The notes under the pieces: generated by a model
Told to the model about the DNA's origin: nothing
The model's database searches: none
Seen by the model: only the letters and a program-made list of their open reading frames with translations
Position numbers and translations under genes: made by a program
Shown: positions 10,365 through 21,744 of the stretch, one piece after another
How the letters are laid out: each line of letters starts with the position of its first letter
Numbering within the stretch: position 1 is the stretch's first letter
DNA from: a virus
DNA: 64,000 nt
Direction: 5' to 3' (one strand)
Virus record (IMG/VR): IMGVR_UViG_3300027777_000031
Location: 25,864 to 89,863 of that record

Positions 10365-12131
10365 TCACATACCAAATAACCAACCATATTTTTGATAATC
10401 TTCACGACTAACTTGTTGGCTACCAAATTGATTAATTCTATCTTGGTAATGTGGAATAACAGGGTCAAAATTAATATTCTCTTTAATTGCTTCATTATTA
10501 CTCACAGACCAAGAATCAATCATTGCTTTGGTTTGTTCGGTAACCTTACTTAATTTACTAAAAGAAGATTCTGCGACGTAAGTTGCCATCGCAATTGACA
10601 TAATTAAGTCATCGTGATGTCCTTTTTGGTGGTCAGGACGACCATTGATATAAACAAAGGTATTCATCTCGTTGTATAAACGAGCACTATAAATTCTAAA
10701 TTTATGTCTCATCACTTCTTCAAATGACGCAATAATTTGAACCCTTTTATTGTTAAAATTTATTCCAGGAATTTTATCCATTGCTTTTGGGTCATATTTC
10801 CATTTGTTTGATAAATCAAGACCATCAACATATAAATCCCGATAATTCATTTCTTGTAGTTTTCTGGCGGTTGAAACACCCATTCCACCGGTGATATCAA
10901 TAACCACAAAACAAGAATATATTGTCGCCCATTTATGACAAATTTCCGCCATTGTATCAGGAGGTAATTTTCCCACATATTCCGCAACTTGTTCCTGAGT
11001 ATCAAAATCTATAATTTGAAATGAACTAAAATCTTCAGAATCCCCACGGGAAACATCGACACCCATAATATATTTGTGACCAACAACCGGTTCTTTCCAA
11101 ATCCAAAGAGCGTTACCCATCATTTTACTAATAGGTTCAAGAACCATATTTTCACGAATATTTTGCATCATAAGAGAATCAAATACATTATCTCCGGAAC
11201 CTAAGAAGTTACATTCCAACTCCTGAGATACTTTACGTTTATCGTATTTTAATTTCTTTACCATCGCCTCAAACCAAGATGAACAGGGTTTGTATCCGTC
11301 AGCCATTAGTAATTTAACATCATCAAAGTTTCTTGCATCATATGATTTACTACCCCAATCAATAAAATCATTAGGGTTATATTCTTCTTTGTTTAATAAA
11401 TAATGGATTATGTTTTCCGTTTTAACAAAATATAAATCTTTTGTATATCTAGGGTCTCTATACCAAAACATCTCCGTAATTTTGAAGTCATTCATATTAC
11501 GTAACGCTTGGTCATATATTTCATAGTAAATTGGGTCATATCCGTTAGGTGTTGAAACCACAATTACTTTACCCCCCGTAGATAGGGATGCCATACAGGC
11601 AGACCAGAAATCACTATCGGCTTCAATAAACGCAGCCTCGTCAAATACAAGTATGGTAGGTGTAAATCCACGTAACGCATCCTTAGATGTTGCAACGGCT
11701 TTAACCTCACACCCGTTTGTTAATTTATAGTGTCTTTGGGAATTTTTTGATTTATCAAAATCTACACCGGTCCAAGATGGCCATTGACCAACAAAGGATT
11801 TAATTTTGTTTGCCATCTCCAATGAAGTATCCAACTTATTGGCGATAATCAATATTTTCTCGGGAGTTTCTTTTCTTGCAAATACTAGTTTTTTAGACAT
11901 CCAAGCCGCGGTAACGGTTGATACCCCGGCCTGTCTGTATTTTAATGCAATGTTTTCGTTGTAGTTTTCGTAATCATCTAATAGAGTAATTTGGTCAGGG
12001 AAAAGTTCCAATGGAACATATTTTTTCACCGTGTTATCATAAGTTTCTAAATACGTTCTTAATGCGTATTCAGTATCTCTATTACATTTTACGTACTCTA
12101 TTAGTACTTGTTCTCTTGTTAAATTCGACAT
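10365..12131 (-). CDS. Terminase large subunit, T4 gp17-like
   Basis: KYRQAGVST (Walker A), ILVFDEAAF (Walker B), STPNG, GVDVSRG, HDDLIMS. Confidence 0.93.
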   Translation of the reverse strand: MSNLTREQVLIEYVKCNRDTEYALRTYLETYDNTVKKYVPLELFPDQITLLDDYENYNENIALKYRQAGVSTVTAAWMSKKLVFARKETPEKILIIANKLDTSLEMANKIKSFVGQWPSWTGVDFDKSKNSQRHYKLTNGCEVKAVATSKDALRGFTPTILVFDEAAFIEADSDFWSACMASLSTGGKVIVVSTPNGYDPIYYEIYDQALRNMNDFKITEMFWYRDPRYTKDLYFVKTENIIHYLLNKEEYNPNDFIDWGSKSYDARNFDDVKLLMADGYKPCSSWFEAMVKKLKYDKRKVSQELECNFLGSGDNVFDSLMMQNIRENMVLEPISKMMGNALWIWKEPVVGHKYIMGVDVSRGDSEDFSSFQIIDFDTQEQVAEYVGKLPPDTMAEICHKWATIYSCFVVIDITGGMGVSTARKLQEMNYRDLYVDGLDLSNKWKYDPKAMDKIPGINFNNKRVQIIASFEEVMRHKFRIYSARLYNEMNTFVYINGRPDHQKGHHDDLIMSIAMATYVAESSFSKLSKVTEQTKAMIDSWSVSNNEAIKENINFDPVIPHYQDRINQFGSQQVSREDYQKYGWLFGM

Positions 12132-12152
12132 ACATAATGTTGTCGGTAATTT

Positions 12153-13541
12153 TTAGAATCCTAACGAAGATAAATCAATATCGTCTAAGTCATCTAAGTC
12201 ATCAAATCCGTAATCTCCATAATTTTCACTATCATCCTCATCATCTTCGTCATCGGACATTTTTGTTTCGTATTCGTGTTTTTTAAGGATTTCAACGATT
12301 TCGTTAACCATTCTATTTATTACCTCTTTTGCTTCTGGTTTATCGGCTATAATAGCTTTTGCTAATACCATAAAATCTTTTGCCTCTAATTGAGACAATT
12401 TCATAAATAAATATTGTTGAAGGTGTCTTTGGTCGTCTTCATATAATTTGTCAGGCCAAGCCTCTCTAAATTTTTCCCAAAATATTGGTCCTAATCTTGA
12501 ATCCCATATTTCTGCCGGTAACGTATCTTCAGCACCAACAACCATACTTCTTTGAACTGGGTCGTTTGGTAAGCCTTGGTCACCATATAATGAATAAATA
12601 CCTTTAACTATTTCGTGAACTAATAACGGAAATGTAAATGCCTTTGCTTTAATTGTTGGTGGGTCAGTTTCAGGGTCAGATTCTGATTGTCCCATTTGAC
12701 CACCACCTGAACCAGCCATACCTTCCATATCAGGGTATAACCAATATAAGTGTTCCATTAGTGATTGTGTTACACCATATAAATTTAATAAGTTTGGACT
12801 TAATCTATTTATTTCATCACTAACTAAAGTATACATATGACCACCTTTAAATGCCGCTCCTTGAACTAATGAATTAATCAATCTTCTTTTTGCTTTTTCT
12901 AAATTGAATTTTTCCATAGAATCCATAAAGTCTTCCATTTCTTCTTGGTGTTCTTCACTTTCTTTGAAAGCTTCTTCCACATCTTCTTCATCCGGTTGTT
13001 CTGGTTGGGTTTGCATTCCTTCAGACGCCCCCATTGGTCCATTAACCAATTCTACATCAAATTGTAATTGTCCTTCAGGAATACCTAATTCTTTTTTAAC
13101 TAAATCAACCGCTAAGTTTTCAAGATATTCTTTATTCTGAACTTCAACTCTTTTAATTTGTTGTAAACTATTCATTACAGAACTCATTAATCCCATCATA
13201 GGATTATTCCCCTGAATTGGTGTAGTATCACCTAAAAATCTTCTTACTTTATCAACAGAGTCTTTAAATCTTTGAGAAGACATCATTTCAACAAAATCTC
13301 TATCCCCTTCTTGAGGTAATGCAGGATGTTCTGCGTATGGAGTTCTTTTTTGATTGATTTGATTTTCAATTCCCGGTTCCATTCTTTCAGGTCCTTCATA
13401 ACTAACAGGTGCCTCATTTAAACGACGATTAATTTCGTTTAACATAGTTTGTTGGTTATTAGTTAAACCTTCGTTAACTAATTTTTTATCTAAGTCACTT
13501 TTGACTTTCAATATTTTATCCATTTTTAAATTTGCACTCAT
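12153..13541 (-). CDS. Hypothetical protein, probably head-associated
   Basis: 462 aa ORF in the structural operon. Confidence 0.7.
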   Translation of the reverse strand: MSANLKMDKILKVKSDLDKKLVNEGLTNNQQTMLNEINRRLNEAPVSYEGPERMEPGIENQINQKRTPYAEHPALPQEGDRDFVEMMSSQRFKDSVDKVRRFLGDTTPIQGNNPMMGLMSSVMNSLQQIKRVEVQNKEYLENLAVDLVKKELGIPEGQLQFDVELVNGPMGASEGMQTQPEQPDEEDVEEAFKESEEHQEEMEDFMDSMEKFNLEKAKRRLINSLVQGAAFKGGHMYTLVSDEINRLSPNLLNLYGVTQSLMEHLYWLYPDMEGMAGSGGGQMGQSESDPETDPPTIKAKAFTFPLLVHEIVKGIYSLYGDQGLPNDPVQRSMVVGAEDTLPAEIWDSRLGPIFWEKFREAWPDKLYEDDQRHLQQYLFMKLSQLEAKDFMVLAKAIIADKPEAKEVINRMVNEIVEILKKHEYETKMSDDEDDEDDSENYGDYGFDDLDDLDDIDLSSLGF

Positions 13542-13543
13542 AA

Positions 13544-14542
13544 TTATTTTTGATTAAGACCTAACGAATTAAATTTTAAAAAACTTGGTAATTCTCTTTT
13601 AATTGCCTTTGGAGCCCCTTGTTTACTTGGGTCCGGAGCAAAAGGATGTTTTGGAGTTGTATTTGGTCTAACCTTTGGTTTTGCCGGAGCAACTTCAGTA
13701 TTTTCACCCATTTCTTTTTTCATAGCCTTTGGTGCACCTTTTTTTTCCGGGTCCGGTTGGAACGGGTGTTTTGGTTTTGTTCCTGGACTAACCTTTGGTT
13801 TTGCCGGAGCTGTTTTTGTGTCACCTTCTAAAAGATTTTGAAAATCTTTTTTAGACATTTTTGGTGTGATGTGTTTTTCTACAAGTCTCATAATTTCTTT
13901 CTCAATTTTACTTTCTCCCATAGTAAGACCTGGTTTCATTTGAGTCAGTTTAGCTTTACCAAGTTTAGTTAAAGCTCCCCCAACCATATCCATATAACTT
14001 TCTTTTGTCTCTTTTTTCTTTTCAGGAAGTTTGGCAAAGTTAGTCTTTTCTGCGAACTCATCAGCCATTTTACACCATTTTTTTTGTTCTTTTGTTTTTC
14101 CGTCACCACATTTAGCAAAGAAATATTTTTGTTGTTTTTTTGACTCAAATTTTTCGTCAATTTCTTTTTCCTCCATCATACCTGAACCGTCTTGATAATT
14201 TTCAAACCCATCATCAGTGCTTGGACCTTTTTGAATTGGGTCTTGAGTAGTTCCCCCTTTAGATTCATCATCTTTATCAAGTTCAATATCAGTTTGTTCA
14301 TTAGGCATAGCCATAAAAGTCCCATCAGGATTTTTCTTTACATTATATCCTTTAGGTGTTGCAGGTAAATTACCACCTTTTTCTCCGACTTTATACGCTG
14401 TTTTAGCCGGTTCTGTTACGGGAGTGATTTGTTCTTGTAATTTACTAAATAATAAATCAACCTGACTATCAGTCATTTTATTTAGAGTTGAGGCTTTGAT
14501 ACCTTCTTTCACTAGTTTCAATTTTTTTTGATTAGTGTTCAT
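13544..14542 (-). CDS. Hypothetical protein with Pro/Lys repeats
   Basis: Likely start MNTNQKK overlaps the upstream stop; duplicated APAKPKV...PKHPF..DP.K.GAPKA. Confidence 0.7.
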   Translation of the reverse strand: MNTNQKKLKLVKEGIKASTLNKMTDSQVDLLFSKLQEQITPVTEPAKTAYKVGEKGGNLPATPKGYNVKKNPDGTFMAMPNEQTDIELDKDDESKGGTTQDPIQKGPSTDDGFENYQDGSGMMEEKEIDEKFESKKQQKYFFAKCGDGKTKEQKKWCKMADEFAEKTNFAKLPEKKKETKESYMDMVGGALTKLGKAKLTQMKPGLTMGESKIEKEIMRLVEKHITPKMSKKDFQNLLEGDTKTAPAKPKVSPGTKPKHPFQPDPEKKGAPKAMKKEMGENTEVAPAKPKVRPNTTPKHPFAPDPSKQGAPKAIKRELPSFLKFNSLGLNQK

Positions 14543-14942
14543 ATTCAATTGTTTTTTCAAATTCCAATACGATATCTCTTTCGTATAATTTATCTTTGAC
14601 TGATTGTTCTGTTTCACCAAACTTGAAAACCAATCTTTTTTGACGAGTGAAATCAACATCTTCACTTTCGTTTTCCCAACATAATGCGATTATATCATCC
14701 ATTGAATCTATCATCGAAAAATAGTCAGAGTTTTGAATTACTGACATTGTGATTTGGTCATTCTTCAAAACTCCTACTTTTTTAATATGTTCTATGTCCG
14801 GTGGAAGTGGATAACCATTTGATGGTTTTGACTCCCAAGCTTCACCCCAAACATCTTCAGAACTATCCGAGAAAATAAATTCATATATGTTATCACCCTT
14901 ATAGTTAGGACCTAATTCATTAACATATATTAAATAACTCAT
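14532..14942 (-). CDS. Hypothetical protein
   Basis: 136 aa, abuts or overlaps both neighbours. Confidence 0.7.
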   Translation of the reverse strand: MSYLIYVNELGPNYKGDNIYEFIFSDSSEDVWGEAWESKPSNGYPLPPDIEHIKKVGVLKNDQITMSVIQNSDYFSMIDSMDDIIALCWENESEDVDFTRQKRLVFKFGETEQSVKDKLYERDIVLEFEKTIEYEH

Positions 14943-16303
14943 TAGATTATCTGACCTTTTGTATTAACTCTTAATTGTTCGTCATTCATTTCAAATACCA
15001 AGTTTTGTTTGTTTGTTTTCCCAACCAATTTAGCGTTTGGATATTTTTCCATTAATTTTCTTGCACCAACTTCTTGAGAAATACTTTCAGATAATTGTTT
15101 GATTTTATTAATTTTAGCTTTTTTACTTTCAGTAACTAATTTAGCTTGTCTTTTTTTAGATTCTAATAATTTTTTTTCTTTATTATCTATTTTAAAGTAA
15201 CCTTCGATAATTTTATCAACCTTAGATTCTGAAAAAATTCCTTCAATCATATCTTCAATATGACCTGCGTGATGAGGTTCAATATGTGGATGGTGTAAAC
15301 TTCTATGTTTTGGGTGTCTTGGTTTAGAATCACCATTATCCCATTTTGTTTTATATGATGGCATATCATCAGGAATACCTAAACCGTCGTATTCATCTTC
15401 ATCAAAATCGTCAAAATCACCAAATCCTTGAGGCATTTCACCTTCAGGTTCCATACCTAATTCATCGTCACTAATACCTTCTTCTCCGGTTGGTTCTTCA
15501 CCACCTTCTTCATCAGGGTTAAAATCACCCATACCTTCTTCTTCAGCCCCTTCAATTTTGTCAACAATCTCTTCTTTATCATCTTCGTCCATAGATTCTA
15601 AATCTAACGCCGATAAAATTGAGTTGATAACGTATTTTGAATCTTTAGAAGTCATTTCATCTTTACCTTCTTCAGTTTCTTGGAACGCTCTTAATTTTTG
15701 AGCTAACTTACCTGTTAATTTTTGAATAGATTTTAAAGTAACTTCTTCATTATCATCATCTTCAACATCTACATCTACATCAACATCTTCAGGAGCCGGA
15801 GCCGGTTCTTGTTCAGGTGCTGGTGCAGGTGCCGGAGATGGTGCAGGTGCCGGAGCAGGTGCAGGTGCCGGAGCTGGCGCCGCTTGTTCTGATGTTTCAC
15901 CACCATTCATTTTTAAAATATACTTAGTAGCCTCTTGAGGACTTTCGTAAAATAAATTAACATTCTTTTCGTTACCTTCATTAACATTAACTTCTTTAGC
16001 AACTAAATTAAGTCTTTTTAATGCTTGAGAATATGATGAATAGTATTTTCTATTTTTCATAGGCTCCATATAATCAAACTCATTAGTTGATTCAGTTAAA
16101 CTACACTTAAGTACATATCCACTTTTTTCTTTATCAATTTTATAAGTTTTACCATTAGCTAAAACTTTAGTATATTCAGTAGATTTATCCTCATTAATTG
16201 GCGTAGGTATATTTTCTTTGTATCTAGCGATTTCCATAATACGTTGGATTTTATCCATTCCTTGTAGTTTTTCGCTACCAACCGGTCTTAAATTGTTTCC
16301 CAT
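14942..16303 (-). CDS. Acidic hypothetical protein, possible head core protein
   Basis: AP repeats, acidic composition, INE/LTE/LSE sites. Confidence 0.7.
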   Translation of the reverse strand: MGNNLRPVGSEKLQGMDKIQRIMEIARYKENIPTPINEDKSTEYTKVLANGKTYKIDKEKSGYVLKCSLTESTNEFDYMEPMKNRKYYSSYSQALKRLNLVAKEVNVNEGNEKNVNLFYESPQEATKYILKMNGGETSEQAAPAPAPAPAPAPAPSPAPAPAPEQEPAPAPEDVDVDVDVEDDDNEEVTLKSIQKLTGKLAQKLRAFQETEEGKDEMTSKDSKYVINSILSALDLESMDEDDKEEIVDKIEGAEEEGMGDFNPDEEGGEEPTGEEGISDDELGMEPEGEMPQGFGDFDDFDEDEYDGLGIPDDMPSYKTKWDNGDSKPRHPKHRSLHHPHIEPHHAGHIEDMIEGIFSESKVDKIIEGYFKIDNKEKKLLESKKRQAKLVTESKKAKINKIKQLSESISQEVGARKLMEKYPNAKLVGKTNKQNLVFEMNDEQLRVNTKGQII

Positions 16304-16387
16304 TTTATATGTTTTTGTTTGGAATTATTTTATATATAAATATGTTCAGAATTAAAAATGTTATAATTCTGAATGGTTTATTGTTAA

Positions 16388-17125
16388 TTATATTGATTTT
16401 TCCTTTAAAGAAAGTTTTTTATCTTGATACTCATTTTGAAAATCAAATAGTTTTTGAATATAACCATTTCTTCTCAAAACTTTAAATACCAAATTTTCAT
16501 CAGACATTTCCCCACCATCTTCAAGACCAGCAGTTCTATATTTTTTTAATTTATCTTTAACTTTATTAATACTATCCATACCGGATTCTATTGATTTGTC
16601 ATCTGAATCCTCAATTACCTCATCAATAATTTTCATCCAATGTTTAGATTTATTTTGAATAAGTTCCGTATCAATTTCAACGTCTTCTTTTTTAGGTTTG
16701 GTTTTCCACTCATCAAATAAAACAGAATACTCACCACTACTAAAATGTGCCTCAACATCATTTTGAACATAAAGTTCCACATCATAACCATAGATTTTGA
16801 TATTGTGTTTGTCGTTAAATAAAGCTTTTTTTAATTTGAAAAGTTCTTCATATAATGGAAGTTCTTTTTCTGAGAATTGGTCAAAGTCCGCAATTAAGTG
16901 TAAATCAACATCGGAATATTGTGACCAATTGTAATTGGCTAACGAACCTGTCATAACAACATCTGATATTACAACATCAACACCTAAAAATTCAATGAAC
17001 TCGTATGCGATTTGTAATAGACGTTCTCTAACCTTAGAAGACATTTTATCAGACGATTCCCAAATCTTTGGATTTAGTTCGTCCTGTAAATGAAAACTAG
17101 ATAATATACTTTTTAGATTACTCAT
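16388..17125 (-). CDS. Pol-beta superfamily nucleotidyltransferase
   Basis: TGSLANYNWSQYSDVDLH (GS...DxD) and distal VELYVQ. Confidence 0.75.
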   Translation of the reverse strand: MSNLKSILSSFHLQDELNPKIWESSDKMSSKVRERLLQIAYEFIEFLGVDVVISDVVMTGSLANYNWSQYSDVDLHLIADFDQFSEKELPLYEELFKLKKALFNDKHNIKIYGYDVELYVQNDVEAHFSSGEYSVLFDEWKTKPKKEDVEIDTELIQNKSKHWMKIIDEVIEDSDDKSIESGMDSINKVKDKLKKYRTAGLEDGGEMSDENLVFKVLRRNGYIQKLFDFQNEYQDKKLSLKEKSI

Positions 17126-17155
17126 TAACTATAAATACTTAAATATCTATAATTG

Positions 17156-17398
17156 TTAGATTTTTTTGTGTTTGTAAGTTTTAACTATTTTTGACGAAAA
17201 GAATTTCCCTTGAGATTCCGCCATTCTGAATTGAGTATATACTTGGTGTGGAACTTCATCATATTCATATAATGAACCATTATTGAATTCTACGACTAAC
17301 TTTTTAGTTTCGGTGTCGTATTCTGTTTTCTTAACATTTGACGATTGGATTTCATTAATAATCTTCGTCCCTTGAATTGTTTCTTTTAATATTGCCAT
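17156..17398 (-). CDS. KTSC domain protein
   Basis: SSNVKKTEYD...LVVEFNNGSLYEYDEVP...AESQGKFF. Confidence 0.85.
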   Translation of the reverse strand: MAILKETIQGTKIINEIQSSNVKKTEYDTETKKLVVEFNNGSLYEYDEVPHQVYTQFRMAESQGKFFSSKIVKTYKHKKI

Positions 17399-17696
17399 CT
17401 TTTAAAGGTATTTCTAAATCTATTTGTTTTAATTTACTCATAATATAATTAGTAAGCTCTTCATTGTCAATATTCCCAAAATAAGATATTAATTCACTTT
17501 TTAAATCATTAATTAAATTTCCCAGTTTATGGTATCCATTCATAATATCCTGTGGATAATATGGTGGTTTCTTCAAATCTTCTTCACCCCAACCCTCTCT
17601 ATTAAATGCGTGACGAAGTTTTCTATAAAGATTAGCCAATTCAGATTCCGGATGAATCGTGTCCATATATTTTTTCCAAGCAGCTTTCTTTTCCAT
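17355..17696 (-). CDS. Hypothetical protein
   Basis: 113 aa, preceded by the TATTTAT motif. Confidence 0.6.
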   Translation of the reverse strand: MEKKAAWKKYMDTIHPESELANLYRKLRHAFNREGWGEEDLKKPPYYPQDIMNGYHKLGNLINDLKSELISYFGNIDNEELTNYIMSKLKQIDLEIPLKDGNIKRNNSRDEDY

Positions 17697-17807
17697 ATTT
17701 ATAAATATAATTTAAATTTGTTTTGTCCATCCAAATATTTGTATTACTTTTGTCGAACCATTTGAAATAATGGAATTAACCCTTATACTTAAATAAAACA
17801 ATTAATT

Positions 17808-19853
17808 ATGATAGAATCTATGGATGGTGGAAGTAATAGTGGAAATAAAGCAGTTAAGACTGACTCATCAACACCCGTATTAGACAATTTTAGTAGAGAT
17901 TTAATTAAACTTGCCGAAGAGGGTAAACTTGACCCTGTAATTGGTAGAGAAAGAGAAATCACACGAATCGCCCAAATCCTTTCACGTAGAAAAAAAAATA
18001 ACCCAATTATCATTGGAGAACCTGGTTGTGGTAAAACCGCAATCGTTGAAGGTCTTGCCATTATGATTTATAATGGGGAATGTCCAAGAAACTTAATGGA
18101 CAAACGTATCGTATCATTAGATATGACATCAATTGTTGCCGGAACCAAATATCGTGGACAATTCGAAGAAAGAATGAAAGTTATTATTGAAGAACTTCAG
18201 AACGCACCGAACATCATTGTATTCATTGATGAAATCCACACAATCGTAGGTGCAGGAAATTCGTCAGGTTCAATGGACGCATCAAACATCTTTAAACCGG
18301 CACTTGCCCGTGGCGAGATTCAATGTGTTGGAGCAACAACCTTAGATGAATACCGAAAAAACTTTGAGAAAGATGGAGCGTTAGAGAGACGTTTCCAAAA
18401 AGTTGTGGTGGATTCGGCGACCAAAGAAGAAACTTTGGAAATCCTTAAAAACGTAAAAGATAAATACGAGAACTTCCATAAGGTAACTTATACGGATGAA
18501 GTATTGTCAGTATGTGTTGATTTAGCGGACCGTTACATCACCGATAGAGAATTTCCGGATAAAGGGTTTGACATCATTGATGAGGTTGGAGCAAGAAGTC
18601 AAGTTGAAATTAAAATGCCAGAATCAATTGAGAAGTTAAAACAACAAGCCGCAGACATCAAACAAGAAAAAGTGGATGTTGTAAAACAACAACGATATGA
18701 GGAGGCAGCAAATCTTCGTGATAAAGAAAAACGCATCTTAACCAAACTTGAAGTTGAAAAGAAAAAGTTTGAGGAAGAACTTCTTTCACACAAAAAAGAA
18801 ATCAGTTTGGATTTAGTTTATGAGGTGGTTTCCAATATGACCAAAATTCCGGTAACCAAATTAAACGCAGACGAAACCAAATTATTATCTGATATGGAGA
18901 CAAACCTATCCGATAAAGTTATTGGACAATCTGAAGCCGTTTCAAAAATTGCAAAATCAATTCGTAGAAACAGAATCGGAATCAAGGACCCAAACAAACC
19001 AATCGGTTCATTCATCTTCTTAGGGTCAACAGGTGTTGGTAAAACATACTTGGCAAAACAACTAGCGAAACAAATGTTCGGTAGCGAAGATAATATGATT
19101 CGTGTGGATATGTCCGAGTATCAAGAAAAACACACCATTTCAAGATTAATTGGAGCACCTCCGGGATACGTTGGATACGATGAAGGTGGACAATTAACCG
19201 AACAAGTGAAAAACAAACCTTATTCTGTAATTCTATTTGATGAGATTGAGAAAGCCAATAAAGATATTTTTGGAACTCTTCTTCAAGTATTAGACGATGG
19301 TCACCTTACCGATGGTATGGGGAGAAAGATTAACTTCAAAAATTGTGTCATCATTATGACATCAAACGTGGGTGTTAAAAAATTACAGGATTTTGGTTCA
19401 GGTGTTGGTTTCAAAACTGGTAATAGTTCTTACGCTGAAGAAGAGTACAAACGTGAGGTTCTTAAAAAAGAACTTAAAAAATTCTTTACACCTGAATTCT
19501 TAAACAGAATTGATGAGGTCGTTATCTTCAACTCTTTGGTTAAAGAAGATGTTAAGAAAATTGTGACTTTGGAGTTGGATAAATTATCTAAAAGATTGGT
19601 TGGATTAAAATATAACATCACATTTGATGAAACTATTTTAGAATTAATTTCTGAAGTTGGATTTGACGAAACCTATGGGGCTCGACCAATCAAAAGAGCA
19701 ATCCAAGATAAGATTGAGGATTTTGTATCCGAAGAGATTATCAAAGGAAATATGGTGGAGGGTGTTCCATACACCCTTATAACCGTAGATAAAGAAGTGG
19801 TGGTTAAATCAGAACCTGTTAAAAAAACAAGAAAGAAAAAAGAGGATAATTAG
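17808..19853 (+). CDS. clpC: ClpC/ClpA-like AAA+ ATPase lacking the N-terminal Clp-repeat domain
   Basis: GEPGCGKT and GSTGVGKT Walker A motifs, GAPPGYVG pore loop, UVR-type coiled coil, VGF ClpP-docking loop. Confidence 0.88.
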   Translation: MIESMDGGSNSGNKAVKTDSSTPVLDNFSRDLIKLAEEGKLDPVIGREREITRIAQILSRRKKNNPIIIGEPGCGKTAIVEGLAIMIYNGECPRNLMDKRIVSLDMTSIVAGTKYRGQFEERMKVIIEELQNAPNIIVFIDEIHTIVGAGNSSGSMDASNIFKPALARGEIQCVGATTLDEYRKNFEKDGALERRFQKVVVDSATKEETLEILKNVKDKYENFHKVTYTDEVLSVCVDLADRYITDREFPDKGFDIIDEVGARSQVEIKMPESIEKLKQQAADIKQEKVDVVKQQRYEEAANLRDKEKRILTKLEVEKKKFEEELLSHKKEISLDLVYEVVSNMTKIPVTKLNADETKLLSDMETNLSDKVIGQSEAVSKIAKSIRRNRIGIKDPNKPIGSFIFLGSTGVGKTYLAKQLAKQMFGSEDNMIRVDMSEYQEKHTISRLIGAPPGYVGYDEGGQLTEQVKNKPYSVILFDEIEKANKDIFGTLLQVLDDGHLTDGMGRKINFKNCVIIMTSNVGVKKLQDFGSGVGFKTGNSSYAEEEYKREVLKKELKKFFTPEFLNRIDEVVIFNSLVKEDVKKIVTLELDKLSKRLVGLKYNITFDETILELISEVGFDETYGARPIKRAIQDKIEDFVSEEIIKGNMVEGVPYTLITVDKEVVVKSEPVKKTRKKKEDN

Positions 19854-19905
19854 TCCTCTTTTTTTTGTTCTAAAAATATAAGAAAAAAAAAGAGACCGAA
19901 GTCTC

Positions 19906-20484
19906 TTAATATTTTATTTTTTTTCTACAATCATTACAAATCCACAATAATTCATTTTTTACTTGGGAACCTTTTCCTTTAGCATCATTCATTAAACATT
20001 TAATATTTGTTTCACAATGAGGTATTCCTAAAGTATGTCCAATTTCGTGAACCACAACTTTAACCATTTCATCAGAATGATTTTTACCTAATCTTTTAAC
20101 TGATACAACACAAGGTTTACCACTCATAAGACCTAAACCAAAAATACCCCAATTATGATATAATTTACCGTTTAGTTCTCTATCGGTAGAAATATCAACA
20201 TCTGTTAAACCTAATACTTTACCATCACAATTTGAATACTTTGACTCTAAATAATTAAGTATTTGGTCTGCGTTATATTTTTTTAGACCATTAACTTTTG
20301 TTGATTTAGGAACCTTAATACGGTTTAATACTACAACATTAAAAGAATAAAATTTGTTTAATTCTTTTGAGCTCAATTCAACATCATCATTTGAGATGTT
20401 TCCCATAGGGACCAAATATATTGTTGGTTTACGTGTGGTAAATCCAAACAATAAAAATACGGATATTAATAATATTTTTTTCAT
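19906..20484 (-). CDS. Secreted Zn metalloprotease, archaemetzincin (M54)-like
   Basis: Signal peptide, HEIGHTLGIPHC, CLM Met-turn, C-terminal CxxC. Confidence 0.8.
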   Translation of the reverse strand: MKKILLISVFLLFGFTTRKPTIYLVPMGNISNDDVELSSKELNKFYSFNVVVLNRIKVPKSTKVNGLKKYNADQILNYLESKYSNCDGKVLGLTDVDISTDRELNGKLYHNWGIFGLGLMSGKPCVVSVKRLGKNHSDEMVKVVVHEIGHTLGIPHCETNIKCLMNDAKGKGSQVKNELLWICNDCRKKIKY

Positions 20485-20507
20485 ATCACAAAGATACGAA
20501 AAAAAAA

Positions 20508-21743
20508 TTAAGCAACCTCTTCTATTTTAGGTAACATTTGACCTAAAGATTCAAGATTAGGACATTGTTGTGAATCTTCACCCATTGCTTTGAAGAATTT
20601 ATCATTTTGAACTAAATAATTATTTTGAGTTTCACCAATAATAAAAACTAACGCACCGACTGCATATGGTCTTGCAATTTTTAAAAAGTCTTCAGGAAGA
20701 TTAATACAACCATATGATTTGTTAAATTTAGAAGTACCTAAATATTGTTCAACAGTTTTTATAAATGAATCCGGAATACTTTCAGATTTTGGTGATGCAC
20801 TACTACCCATAGCTTTTTTAAGTTCTCGCATTGCTTTTACTCTTGGAGCTTCATTATAAAATCCGTGAATAGCGTTTGCTAAACTTTCGCCGTCTAAAGT
20901 TGTTACATTAAAGATATTATTATCACCACCAACATAATCCTCATCAGTTTTTAACGCATTAATAGAATAAATTCCTTTAGGAAAAAATCTTGATTTATTT
21001 TTATTTATATAATCGTAAATTAATTCCTTATCATATTTTTTACCACCACCAGTTTTATCTTTATATTCTTGTGATTTCACATCATATTTAAAACCCGCAG
21101 CATTGGCATATTCGTCCCAAGACCATAATGCTTTAGCTATTGATTTAGCGTCTTGAGATTGAGCATTTAACCCATCTATCGTATATGATTTAGCAACAAA
21201 ATCGCCTTTTTTGTTAAACAAATAAATGTTATTATCTCTTGTATCAATAACGAAAAAATTTCTATTACTAAATTTAGGTCGTATACCAACATATGAAATT
21301 TCACAAGCACTTCTTACAGGAACACCATTAGAAATTAATTCTCCACCAACTTTTTGATATTGACTCATTTTTGTCAAATCAACCCCTTTAGTACTAGGTA
21401 TTGAAGGACAAAAATTTTGAGATGTTTTATCATCTTTTTTAATTGGTGTTTCAGGTTTTTTAATTTGCATAGTCTTATCACCAATAACTTGTTTAATACT
21501 AGTTATTGATTTATGATTTTTAGCCTCTTTCCAATTAGGGTACTTGTCACCATATTTTGTATTTTCTTTACCTTTAAAATAATATTTACCATTTTCAAAT
21601 TTATAATCATACGCATTATCGTGGTCAGTAACTATAATTGGAGACACACCTTGTTCACTTAAATAGTGACGTTTAGTTGCACTTTCGTGAAGATTTAATA
21701 TTCTATTTTTTTCTTCTTCGTTAATTATAAATAAATTTTTCAT
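20508..21743 (-). CDS. Putative L,D-transpeptidase (YkuD-like) domain protein with shared N-terminal tag
   Basis: AIHG...SYGCINL catalytic pattern; start MKNLFIINEEEKNRILNLH. Confidence 0.65.
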   Translation of the reverse strand: MKNLFIINEEEKNRILNLHESATKRHYLSEQGVSPIIVTDHDNAYDYKFENGKYYFKGKENTKYGDKYPNWKEAKNHKSITSIKQVIGDKTMQIKKPETPIKKDDKTSQNFCPSIPSTKGVDLTKMSQYQKVGGELISNGVPVRSACEISYVGIRPKFSNRNFFVIDTRDNNIYLFNKKGDFVAKSYTIDGLNAQSQDAKSIAKALWSWDEYANAAGFKYDVKSQEYKDKTGGGKKYDKELIYDYINKNKSRFFPKGIYSINALKTDEDYVGGDNNIFNVTTLDGESLANAIHGFYNEAPRVKAMRELKKAMGSSASPKSESIPDSFIKTVEQYLGTSKFNKSYGCINLPEDFLKIARPYAVGALVFIIGETQNNYLVQNDKFFKAMGEDSQQCPNLESLGQMLPKIEEVA

Positions 21744-21744
21744 A

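Noticed and set aside
612-12131. Introns or inteins in capsid, portal or terminase
   Set aside because: ORFs are continuous, with contiguous motifs and no splicing signatures
1100-19621. Many short antisense or alternate-frame ORFs in the track (e.g. 3726..4064, 6748..7065, 17789..18061)
   Set aside because: Shadows of strong genes, with low-complexity translations
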